Of a stretch of DNA of 64,000 nt, positions 24,514 to 36,486 are shown piece by piece. The notes below the pieces were generated by a model. The model saw only the letters and a program-made list of their open reading frames with translations. It was not told where the DNA came from and made no database searches. Source of the DNA: Guillardia theta CCMP2712 (Eukaryota > Protista > Cryptophyta); assembly GCF_000315625.1 (NCBI RefSeq), contig NW_005434647.1, positions 229,132 through 293,131 of the forward strand. Direction: 5' to 3'. The first letter of the stretch is position 1; every line of letters begins with the position of its first letter. Both the position numbers and the translations under genes were made by a program.

Positions 24514-26024
24514 TCACTCTGTGCGATCCTGATCTTCAGACTTGTTTGCTCCCTCCTCTCCGACAACGCTTCGTATCCACCGGCTGTAAGCGCGCAAGTT
24601 CTTATCCTCGGGGACGAAGGTCTGGGCTTGCCCGCAGCAGAACATGAGGTACGATTGCTGCCGAGAAGTGTCATCTCATACGCTGAGGGAAGGAAAAGGA
24701 AGAGGAGCAGTGGTGAAGGAGGAAGACTTTACATAGGTGAACTGTCCGACCCCAGCAGGCTTGTAGTCTTTCTCCAGACCAATCTGCCATAGTAGGTTGT
24801 CCAGTCAGACGCTGCCGTCGTTGGCCAGTGAGGGACGGCAAACTCACCACGAACTCTGACATGGAGAGAAAACGGTTGGTCACGTCTCGGAGCCCCTTGA
24901 TTCTCGAGTCGAAAAGGCCCAGGGGCTTGATCATCTCAAAGACCTGCTCGTCGTCCGATACCTACGGTGGGAAAGCATGAGAGAAAGAGCGAGGGGAGGA
25001 GGGAGGATTGAGGAGGGAGGAGGGAGGAGGGAGGGAGGGAAGAGATCGGCAAGAACAAGGTGATGAGATGAAGTCGAGGAAAGAAACTTCAGGTATAGAG
25101 GGGGAGAGAGAGACAGACGAGGAGCTCGCAGGGCAAGAAGAGATAGAACAGCAGGGATCTTGGGGACGAAAGGACAAAGAAGACGGGATATGGATTGCTA
25201 CGAGCAAAGGAAGAGCGGATCAAGAGAGGAATCAGGAAGGACGAGGAAAACTTCACTGCTCTCCATCACCTTGAAGGCCGAGGGAGTGGGGAAGAGATCA
25301 AAGAACCCGTTGATGCACTTGTCTTTGACCTGTGCGGAGGATACCCTGCTCATCAGGATGCACGCCACAAGCAACCTCCATGTGTCGTGGCAGTATCTCT
25401 CCTGGAGCATCTCGGACCCGGAGGCTGCGGGAACGACTGAGATCCTGCTGGCAACAAACAGCTCCCAGTCCGCCACGCTCGCCCTGCCCACAAGCCTTCC
25501 CCACTTGTCCTCGGCGAACTCCTTCCAGTCCGCCACACCCGGGTGGTTCCGGGCAAGCACCTCCTTCTGCAGGCCCCTCAGCGTGACGAGGAAGTCTGAC
25601 ATAGAAGGAGGAGGTTCGAGGCTGTCAAAGTCCGGCATCTCGACCTCCGTCTGCCCCTGCGGTCGCGCCTTTCCGGGATGCTCCTCCCTCTCGTCCCAGG
25701 TTGATGGCAGCTCCATGAGCTTCACCGGCGTCACCTGCGCTGTTCGTCTCGATGATCGTCTTAGTGTTACTTCCCCGTCCCTGCAACACAGCGTCAGTTC
25801 CCCATGACAGACGAAGACTCAGCTCACTCTGCGTCCTCGTTCCTCCTCCTCTTCTTGGCAGTGCTCTGCGCAGACAAGGCCTCGTCCTTGGCTTCGTCCT
25901 TGGTGCGATCAAGCTGGGAGGCAAGGGAGGGGATCCCAAGAGAGGAGAGAAGAGCGTTGTTTCTTTGAATGTTCTCCTCCCTCAGCCGCTCATATGCAGA
26001 CGCGTCGTCAACCATTCCCGCCAT
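24514..26024 (-). CDS. MBD4-like HhH-GPD DNA glycosylase without an MBD domain, multi-exon
   Basis: Motifs: MLQERYCHDTWRLLVACILMSR, FFDLFPTP, MIKPLGLFDSR, GVGQFTY|QSYLMFC, and VPEDKNLRAYSRW, which retains the catalytic Asp. Confidence 0.85.
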
Positions 26025-26355
26025 GCCGCCAAGCAGGGGCCTTGGTTGATCTACCCCTGCAACTCCCACCAAAAGTACCGGTACTGAGTGATAGGACTCA
26101 GTAAAGAAGCTTGCAAGTACCAGGGAGAGCGGGAGGAGAAGGCGGATAGGGTGGAGAGGAGAGAGGAGGGTAGGACAGAGAGGAGTGATAAGCGAGGAGT
26201 CAGGGATGTACGTCAGGAGGGCTGGGGACTATCCGTACGATGCATCACGCATGGTCGCCTGATGCTTACAGAGGAAGCGAGGGAACGAGGGGTAGATTCA
26301 TAGCGTTTCAGAGGCGCATCGGCCGCTGATGCTCTTCCTGCATGGTTGAAGTAAG

Positions 26356-28014
26356 ATGGCTCGGCGTCAGGAGCATGATATCAAGGTGTCGGTGGAGGAG
26401 AGAGTGTCCTCGGCCTCCCGCTGCTCGTGCCACAAGGCCAAGGAACGGATCATAGCTTCCCTCGAGCAGGCCTGCGGCCATGACCTCCCAGCGACCTTAC
26501 CCGACGACCTGAGGGATGTTGACGAGGACGATCTCGAGCCCCTGCCGCCCTCGTGCTGCTGTGAAGGGTTCAATGCTCCCGATCTCCATGAGGTCGTCGA
26601 GGCCGTGAAGCGAATGAAGACCAAGGATGTCTCTACGATGCTTGACCACCTCCTCTGCCTCAAGTGCGAGCATGAGCTCAAGTTTCATCGTCCCCTGCTG
26701 GAGGTCAGACTCCTGCTCGTCTTTGATTGAATGTCAACTGTCCCACAGGTGGAGCGTTCGCTGTGGGATACGGTGAGGAGGGGCCGTTCGCAGTGGGCAT
26801 GCGATGTGAGCAGAAGACTTTGGGTGCCAGTTCCATCTTTGTTCAGTGTCAAGGACGAAGAAGGAGGAATGCTGAGTAGACCTGCGAGAATCTTGAAAGA
26901 TCATAAGGCGACGGAAGCGCTCGAACTGCTATACTGGAGGAGATTCGACTTGCCTTCACCTCGCGGCCTCAATGTGCCAGGGGAAGGAGCAGCTGACGCT
27001 GACTTCTTCCTCATGGTGATGAGCGAGGAGTTGACGAGCGACTGCGTGGCATGTCTGCTGCTCTTGACCGGCCTTGACGCGGTTCTTGTGATCGACGGGC
27101 AAGGGACCTTGAAGCTTTTTTCGCCCCTTGCGCAAGGTCAGCCATCTTTTCTTGAGCTCTCCTCAATATGCCTGACCACCTAGCTCCTCTTCCCCATCAG
27201 ACGATCCATCCAGCTGTGCGAGATGGTTGGAGTGGAGCCCAGCAGTGACATGGCACCCTCCTGCTGGAAGGCTCTTGTGCGCTGACTGGGACGAGGATCG
27301 GTACTCGTGCTGCTCCTTTTTCTTCTCCTCCTTCCTGTTACCTTGCTCCCCTTCGCTCTCCTGTGCCGCCCGGCGCTGCTAAATGGCCTTTCTCACCGTG
27401 ATAGAGCAGGCTTCTGACGGCTGCAGGAGAGGATGGGATGGTTTACGTTGCCCGGCTTCCCCAACTCTCGCCCAACAGCTGCCCCTCCCCTCCCCTCCTC
27501 CTCTTACCCGATGCTGCCGGTGAAGAGCATCGTAACTTCGTCATGGATGTGCGCTTCATTCAGGTGCTGCACTGCATGCTCCGACTTTCTGTGCTGCTGA
27601 TTCTCTTCATGTTTGCTCCTCTCCTTCCTGCGATCATCTCGGTCTTCCCAGCAAGAGGCAGCCAGGCAGGCAGGAGAGCAACTGATCTGCAGCTGCAGCC
27701 TCGACAGGAGGATTGTCGTGTGGAGGTTCAACGCAGTCAACTCGGACTTGACAACTATGTTCTCCATCAATGTCGGCCAACAGATTTTGAGCATCCACTG
27801 CTCTCCTCCCTCCTCCTCCTCCTCCTCCTCCCCTTCATGCTTACCCTCCTACCCTTTCTCATCTCCTTCCAGCCCTTCTTCCTCAACAACGTCCAAGGAT
27901 CGGTACGCCGGATCATCAGTCTTCATGCTCAATCGGGCGGGACAACTCGGACGAATCCTCCTGCCACAGTTTGCGCACAATGTGTCCGTGGTTCCTCTCA
28001 TGTGCAATCCGTGA
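26356..28014 (+). CDS. Hypothetical protein with a degenerate WD40-like C-terminal region, multi-exon
   Basis: Chained ORFs with GT-AG boundaries. LVIDGQGTLKLF and LICSCSLDRRIVVWRF resemble WD40 strands. Confidence 0.5.
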
Positions 28015-28690
28015 GGACTGGCCTCAGACTCGAACCTGGCGCCCCGCACCCGCGAGCCCGGCCGGGCGCGGTCACCGGGCGGGGCCCCGGGGCCTCCGCC
28101 CGGGCCCGGCGGCGCCGCCAGCGGCCCTTCCGAGTGACTGACGGTAGCACCGATTCAAGGGATGCCATCGGCGCCGACAGTTATCGGACCGTACGGTTTC
28201 AGGTACGGCGTAGTCACGGCCCGGGGGCCCCGGCGTACGGTACTAAATCCGATCAGATGCATGCCACTGATGATTGAACTTCCGAATCAAGTGAGGAGTC
28301 CGCTTGCCACTAACGGTCCAACTTCACTCGCCTCACAGAGTCAGTCACTGTGACTCCGTGACTCCGGCCCACTGGCATGGTCCACACCACGGCGCGCGGG
28401 GCCGGCCCCCGGGGCCCGGGGGCCCGGCCCGGCGGGCCGGCGCGGCCCGGGCCCGGGGGCCGCGCCCGGCGGCGCTACGGCGCGAGAGTCACCGCCCTGC
28501 CTCAGGCGGATCACTGCCGTGATCGGCCGGCCCGGTACCGGCCATGCCACGGTACGGTACGGTCCACACCACGGCGCGCGGGGCCGGCCCCCCCGGCGCG
28601 GCCCCGGGCCCCGGGCCCGGCGGCGGCGGTGAACTACCAACGACGGTCTGATGCGGCAGTGGCACGGGTCTGCCTCAGCCTCTGATTGTC
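28015..28690. repeat. GC-rich palindromic-word mosaic island with an internal 32-nt direct repeat
   Basis: ggtccacaccacggcgcgcggggccggccccc occurs at 28379 and 28561. CCGTACGG is at 28189. Confidence 0.6.
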
Positions 28691-29293
28691 ATGGAGGGTG
28701 GGGTGGTCCCGTCACTTTTGCTCAGTAGGTGTCATAGTCTGTCCTAAATAGGCTATGACAGGAGGATGCCTGATTGAGACTAATGCACCACTTATAGAAA
28801 CTCATAGCAGATGCACTAGGCTTAACAAGCTCGGATGGACGAGGTACAGGATCGGTACACTGGGTGGGTTGGAGAGATATAGGCAGGGGGGCCGATGGTG
28901 GGGATAATGCGGATCCGAGGAAGGGTGGCGCTGTTGGCGGTGATGGCGGCGACGACGACAGGATCCATGGGCTTGCAGATGTTTCATGAACAAGGTGAGA
29001 AACAGAGATGATGTGTTCTGTTGGAAGTTAGACCGTGGTGGAGGATGAACGATGGTGGAGGGTGGGATATGGAGGATGAAGGAGAAAGGAGTGGAGGACA
29101 GGGAAAGATGTTGGGATTAAGAGCGGGAAAGGATGGACGCAAAGGTATTCAATATACAATGCAACAAGTAGAGCATCTCATTGGGTGTACTATGATATGA
29201 AAGTTGAACACAGAAGGAATGAACTCTCTTCAGTATGTACATTTCAAGGTTTCATAATGCGCAAACAAGTGGTCATGGCATACATGCGATCGC

Positions 29294-31379
29294 ATGGCAA
29301 TGACGAGTTATAGGAATAACAACTCTGCTGATGCCGTACTGATGTATCTCTTCGGCTCTAATATCCGCATGGCAGGGCGCGGTCCGCTTCCGTTCCTCAG
29401 GGCTCCGAGAACTGCCCTCTGCTCCGTTCAGCTGCCGAGCATGAAGAGCATCCAGCACGACGTTAAGCACATGTTTGACTTCATCCCCGACGGTCTTCGA
29501 ACTCCCATCGTCAACGCCTGGGCCGCCACCCTCGCAGGTCTGGCTGCCTACCTGGTCGCGACCCCCATCGAGGCGCTCAAGACCGGGCTGCAGACATGGC
29601 CGGGGAGCACGTGGGTGGGAGTGGCGCAGAGGATCGTGGAAAGGAGAGGGCCGGCAGGGTTCCTGTACGGGCTGGACGCGATGTGGTGGGCGGGGGTCCC
29701 GTACTCGATCGTCATGTACTCCATCTATCAGCCCATCAAGAACAGAGTCAACGAGTTGCTGGGAGGGAAGCAACCCATGGTGGGACAGACGATGGGAGCT
29801 GCCATAGCTGAGATCATCGGACTCACCGTCTTCATCCCCGGGGAGCTGGTCCGCATGGTGAGAGGAGAGGAGGGAGAGGAGGAGGAGGGAGAGGAGGAGG
29901 AGGGAGAGTAGAAGAGAGGCAAGGAGAGGGCAAGGATGTAAGATGGTCAGGCGGGATGGAGTTATTTACAGGAGGGCAGTGAGAAGAGGGGGGCGGGGGG
30001 GAGGGGGGGAGGGACAGAGTCTCCTAGACAAGAACAGGTGAAGGCGAGAAAGAAGGAAGGAGTGACGGATGGTGGAGGCAGAGCTGATACCTGACACGGT
30101 ACTTCAGAGGATGATGAACAACCCCGGGTTGTACGCGTCGTTCCTGCAAGGGCTGCCGGACTTGACAAAGAACGTGAGTCACTGGGATGCTGGAGATGAG
30201 AGGGAGTGACTGCCGTGACCAGGGGTTCGGAGGGATGTACAGGGGCTTCAAGGTCACGATGATCCGGGATGTGCCGTACACAGCCTTGCAGTTCGTCTTG
30301 TTCGAGAACATCCGGCAGTGGTGCATGCGCCAGTCGCCAGACGGTGCGAGGAGGAGATGAGAGATGGTAGTCGATAGGTTGTCTTTGCCGGATGTCGTGT
30401 CGAGGAGCAGGATAGATCTCTTACGACCTCTCTTTTGCTGTTGCTGCGTGATTCAGATGTTACGAGTTATGCTCTAGATGATGGAGGCGATGGTGATGGT
30501 GTTGTTGATGACAGGTTCCGTCACGTTCTTGGAGAGCTTGGGAGTTGGAATCGTTTCTGCCATCTTTGCATCGACTTTCACGATTCCGCTCGACGTCCTC
30601 AAGTGAAAGATTCCCAGTACCCTTAGAGCTGAAAGAGGAGGAAGCAGGCAGGAAGAACAAAAAAGGAAGGGGAGGGGCAGGGCCAACTGATTGTGGGGAG
30701 GCGCACAGGAGAGACAGTTGTCTGGAGTGGCAGAGGGCAGAAGAGAGTTGAGCTCAGGGAGCGACGATGGAAAGAGCCGGAGGGCGCAGGGCGGAGGAGA
30801 GAGCAGGGAGGAGGGGAGAAGGTGGAAGAGGGAGGAGGGAGGGATCTGACTGTTATCGGCAGGTCAAACATCATGACATCCTCGGGCTCTGCCTCTCTCC
30901 GCAAGATGTCAACGACCCTCATCAAGAACGTGAGCCGATCATCCCCAACTTCTTCTTCCTCCCACCCTGTCCACTCTCCATTCCCGCTGCTGCACCCATC
31001 CTCCCCACTCCCCCGCCTCTCGTCATTCGCTCGCTCCCTTCCCTTGACTTCACCTCCCTGCTTCCCCTCCTTCTCTTCTTCCTCTCCTCCCTCCCTCTCT
31101 TGCCCCCTCATCTCCCTCCGCTCCTGCACCCCCTCCGCTCCCTTGCTCGCACGCTCACTCCCTCGCTCCGTTTTCTTCTCTTCTCTCACCCTGGTGATGC
31201 AGGGAGGGCTGTCGAGCATGTTCAAGGGGTTCCTCCCCTACACAGTCATCAGTGAGTGCTGACTTGAGTGTTGTCGCCGTAACGATGAGGCAGACGGCGC
31301 TAAGTGGAGCTCGTCCATGGCAGTTTACAGCACCACGAGAGACTTCTACGGCCTGAAGAGCACGGGAGGTGCCCACTGA
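29294..31379 (+). CDS. Mitochondrial carrier family (SLC25, SAM-carrier-like) protein, multi-exon
   Basis: Three carrier signature motifs (PIEALK, PGELVR, PLDVLK), plus GMYRGFKVTMIRDVPYTALQFVLFE. The last exon ends GGAH*. The start is uncertain. Confidence 0.88.
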
Positions 31380-31752
31380 GAGGAGAAAAGGAGGGGTAGG
31401 AGGAGAGGAGACAAGGAGGAGGAAGAGGGAAAGGGAAGAGGAGCGCTGAGAGAAGCGCTAGAGTGAGGATTGCGGGTTGAAGGTCTCGACGGGGAGAAAT
31501 TTGTTGAGGAAGAAGACATCAAATGGATGTGAAAAATTCCACCACCACCACGACATCCTCCTCCACCACCTTCACCTCCACCACGACCTCCTCCTCCTCC
31601 TCCTCCTCCTCCTCCTCCTCCCCTCCATTTTCTCCACCTCCTCCTTCTCTTTTCCGCCCTTCATCCTCCTCCTTCGGCATCAACTTTAATTCTCCTGTCT
31701 TTCACCTCCCACTTCCTGTCCTTCACTTGCCCTGCCTTCACCTCCTGCTGCC

Positions 31753-33422
31753 TCACAACTTCTTGAAGACCAGCGCCGTCGCTGTCCCCCCGAGCCCAAC
31801 GCTGACGCTCAAGGCGACCTCGAGGTTCTGCCGCGCCTGTCAAGCTCCTGTCGCTGGCGCCTCAAGTCTCTTACCTTGACCTCCTCCTTGGCCGACGTCA
31901 CAAACGAGACCCCGTCTACGACCGCATGCTGGAGATTCGAAAGTATCACTGTGAGTTTCAAAACGAGGAGGAAAGATTGAAGGGTAGTGGTGGAAAGTTT
32001 CCAAGGCGGCGTGAAACTTGCTTCTTACCTTAAGGCTCGTCATGCCAGGAACGACGCCATCACGAAGAGCTCGAGCGCAGACAGCCGCGTTGATGCCTGA
32101 GCGTAAGAGAAGAGACAAGTGAAAAGATAGTGACAAGTGACAAGATTGAGAGAAGTGTGAACGAGAAGGAGAACGACAGAGGGAGAGGGGAGGGGGACGA
32201 TGGGGAGGAGGATGGGAGGGAGGGGAAGGGAACAGGGCAGGGGAGGAGAGGAGAGGAATAGAAGGACTGAGTGAGAATGGGAGGGACAGGGAGAATATGA
32301 TGTGAGAAGAGAAGGAGGGTAAGAAGAATCAGGAAGAATTTGAATCATCAGGACAAGGGGAGCAGAGGACGGAGCGGCAAAGAGCACCAGCACCCACCAG
32401 ATGCAGCAGCTAGCGAGTTTCCAACCCTGCTGCTGACAGAAGAGATCTGACAACGAAAGGAAATCAGATTTCAGATTTCACTAGTTTTCACGACGAAGGC
32501 GATCATCATCATCATCATCATCATCATCATCGTCGTCGTCGTCGTCGTCGTTTCCATCCCCATCCCCATCCCCATCCCCACTGTAGTCATCACCATCACT
32601 ATCACCATCATTCTTGTTTGTTTTATCCTCGTCATCCCCATCCTCATCCTCATCGTCGTCGTCATCATCATCATCCTCATCCTCATCGTCATCGTCATCC
32701 TCCTCCCCACGCACCCTCCTCCTCCTCCTCCTCCTCCTCCTCCTCCTCCTCCTCCTCATCATCATCATCATCATCATCATGAGAAATCGTCTTGATTCCT
32801 CGCTTCTCACCTTTGCTCGTGACATGTTGTCACCAAGAGCTTGTCTGATTCCTTCGATCTCAACCTTTTGTTCTTGGTTACAGTCGCTCTCACTCAACTC
32901 GCCCTCCTCCCCTCCTTCCCCTCGCTTCCTTCTTCCTTCCGATCTCTTTCTCTTTCCCTTCTCTTTCCCTCCTCTTCACCTAACCTTGTCGAATTTAGGG
33001 ACGCCAACGCCATGAGCGCAAACAAAGTCAACCTGCAAGACGTCAGGAAATCATCGTCCTTCTACCTTACCAACATCTCCCAGTGTTAACCAATCACATC
33101 GTTCAAAAAGGTTCATATCATCGAATTCAGCATCGATTGTCTCGACGAGACAACATAAACCATTGGAGCAGCTTCTACTTCACCGATCAAACCTCAACTA
33201 CATCATATCTTCTGCACGTCCACATTTTCTCATTAACCTCCTTCACATTGTTGTGCTACATTTACAACTCTCACCGCAGAAGCTTCAACTTTCGCATCCT
33301 TCAACGCAAGATTGATCGATTGCGCAATAGCTTCGCTCGATGGCATCCCTCCCAACCCGAGCTGTCGGGATAGTCAGATCATCATCATCATCACCACCAC
33401 CACCACCACCACCACCACCACC

Positions 33423-33477
<55 letters not shown>

Positions 33478-34885
33478 GCACCACCATCACCATCACCATC
33501 ACCATCACCATCACCATCATCATCATCAACAACTTTGTCAGCACCAGCATCATCAAGGAGAACTACGATGATAGATAGCAACATCTACTATCACCTCTTC
33601 GTCCATCTCAACTCCCTGCGCCATTCCAACTCCCGCGACCTCACAGTACATCTTTGCTCCACGAGCCTTCGCGTGTTCCTCCGCCTCCATCAGCAGCACG
33701 CCGCTGCCTTCAGAAAGCAGAAATCCCTTGCTCTCCTTGTCGAATGCATTGCTGCCGATACAAGTTACCTTTGCGCTCCCTTCCCTCCCCCCCCCGCTTC
33801 CCTATTCTGCCTCCATCCCGTCTCCCCAGCGGTTCTCATACGTCTCTTGCTTCCTTGAGTTGACCATCCTCCTCCTCCCCTCTTTCTTCCCCCTCCTCCC
33901 TTCCTCCCCCCTTCCTCTCTCCCTCCATCTCCTCCTCTACTTACTTTGCATGCGTCTGATCCTCATTGCAGCCCTTGGCGAGCGTGGAGAGCTTGTTGTA
34001 ACCCGCAACGATGCACTCAGTCAGGCAGGACTCACTTCCTCCTGCCGCCATGATCGTCGCCTCCCCCGACACGAGGAACCTCCGCGCCTGAGCGATCGAC
34101 AAGGCTCCTCCTGCCGCCTCTCCCCCGTAGCCTCCGATGCAGTAGTTGGGCCCCTCCGCCCCGAGCTCAACAGCAGCAACGCCGCTTGCGCTATTGAGGA
34201 TGAAGGAGGGGACGATGAAGGGGGAGATCTTCTTGAACCCCTCGTACGTCAGCTTGCACCCGTCAACAAACAGCGGGCCCTTGTAGATGCTGTTCCTTCC
34301 TGCGAACGTCCCGTCCCCCCACGCCGCGCCTGAAGGCAACTGGTCGTACTCCGTGTGCTTCTGCCACTTGCTCCCTGCCTCCTCGAAGAACTCGGAGCCG
34401 CCGATGGCGGAGGCGATGAGCACGCCGAACTTGTCCTTGTCTGCCACAGTTTCTGTGTTGAGATTCGCGTCCTGGACGGCGAGCTTGGAGGCAGCGATAC
34501 CCATCTGCATGTACCTGCTCTGTCTCTTGGCTTCCTTCTTGTTCTTGTACCATTCCTCGGCCTTGAAGTCGCTGACGACTCCGGCAACCTTGCAAGGGAA
34601 CTCCTCAGCCCAGGAGGGAAGAGACGTAAAGCTCCTCTTGTCTGCGAACACACTCTCGAAGAACTGGTCGCTTCCTGTTCCCACGGGCGATACGATCCCC
34701 AGCCCCGTCACGACCACCCTAGGGTTTCCTCCACCCGATGCTGCCATCCTGAGCTGTCCAGCGCTTCTCCTCGCGGTCCGACGTGGAGCTACTGAGAATC
34801 TCGTTCCCATCATGCTCGTTGTCATCCCCTGGAACGCCAGCGCCGCATGCAACGTCGCCGCCGCCAAGAGCAGCGTTCGCACCAT
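31753..34885 (-). CDS. Plastid-targeted FabF/KAS II-family ketosynthase paralog lacking the catalytic Cys; about 9 exons
   Basis: Presequence [20 protein letters not shown]. Core motifs: [95 protein letters not shown]. Confidence 0.88.
32500..32780. repeat. Compound trinucleotide microsatellite (CAT/CGT/CCT) in a KAS intron
   Basis: Read directly from the sequence. Confidence 0.9.
33378..33532. repeat. Compound trinucleotide microsatellite (CAT/CAC/AAC) in a KAS intron
   Basis: Read directly from the sequence. Confidence 0.9.
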
Positions 34886-35273
34886 GGCCACCCTTGAATG
34901 TAGGACCCTACCCCCTCAACAGCCCAACTCTACCCCAAGGGCCTCTCAGACCGTCTACTGAGTCATCTTCCGGAGATGACTGAGGCTGTCGGCCCGCCGA
35001 GCGACTAGACCGGCCCGGGCCGGGCCGCCGCCGCAGTTCGAGACTCAACTGACCGTCAACTAATGTTATGAAGTAGACGATTGTCAGTGGAGTGAAGGAT
35101 CACCAAGTGTGGCTGGTAAGTTATGACGGAGAGCTGAGTCAGCCTCGGAAGTTTAATTCAATCAGTCATTCAATGTACTTGCTAATCAATGAAGGCTGGC
35201 ACTTGGCAGCCGGCGCGGCCGCTCGCCTCACCTCCGCCCTTACTCGAAGGCGGAACTTGCAGCTTGTAGCTTC

Positions 35274-35425
35274 TCACTTGCTCTCTTCGTCCACGTGGTT
35301 TGACAGCAAGGTCTCCTCGATCACGCACGCGTATCGCTCAAGAACCTCCTTGCTCACGTCCGCGTTGCTCAGCAGCCCAATCATCTTCTGCTCTCGTGCA
35401 GACAGGATCAGCACGGCAAACGAGG

Positions 35426-35463
<38 letters not shown>

Positions 35464-36448
35464 TGGAGAAGAGCAAAACGATGATGACGAGGATAAGGAG
35501 GAGGGAGAAGGAGGAAGGGGGAGGAGCAGGAGCAGAAGGCACATGAACATTGAGCAGCACATCTCACCCGTAGAGCTGTTTTGGACGTGTTGAGATCTCG
35601 GACAGCGTCCATCACCTTGTCCAGCAGCTCCGGGGCTCCCCGGTTGCCCTCGAAGTGTTTGATCTCCTGATGAGAAATGAGGAGGAGAGGAGAAGAGGAG
35701 CAGAGGAAGAGGAGAGGAGGAGAGGAGTGAAGATAGTTCACTTCGATCATCGGAGGAAACTCGTAAGGTTCCATCACCGAACACTCCTATCAGGGCAAAA
35801 TCAGAATGAAGGGTAGAAGGATGAAGGAATGAAGGTGGAGCAGGGAGCAGGCAACAGGGAGCAGGGGAGGGGAGGGGGGAGGGAGGAGGGAGGAGGGAGG
35901 AGGGAGGAGGGAGAGAGGGTGGCATACATCTAGCAGCGTTCGATATTCTACGATCTTGTCCATGGAGCAGTCACTCATTCGGCTCAATTTGACAACCTGC
36001 GGGAGGCAGTAAGAAGAGCGCAGGGAGTCTGACAAGAGATGGCGGGGCGTTGAGGAGGAGGGCAGGAGAGACGAGGGAGGCGGGGCAAGAGGAGGAGGGA
36101 CGAGAGGACAAGAGGCAGGGAAGGGGAGTGAGAAAGAGACATTGCGGAGCGCGAGGTGGGTCGTGACAATCTCATCATTCGCATCTTCCAAGCAATCCTC
36201 CATAGCCCGCAGCAGCTGCTCCGACCAGTTCCTCCTCCCTGGTAGGAAAGCATCACAACTTCGTCTCCCTCTGCTGTCCTCCCTGCCTTCTTCAGCATGC
36301 GGCAGTTTAGGAGAAGCCGGCGCCTTGTCTCCTGCAGAGAAAGAGATCATGATTGGGCAGGCAGAGGACGAAGCATGCTCACCTGCTCGCTTCCCGGGGC
36401 TTCCGCTCACTCCTCGGGGAGATTCTCTTTTGGACGCTCGCAAGTTGA

Positions 36449-36486
<38 letters not shown>

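Noticed and set aside
32471-33858. Poly-D/M/T/N/V ORFs in the ORF track
   Set aside because: They are translations of intronic trinucleotide repeats.
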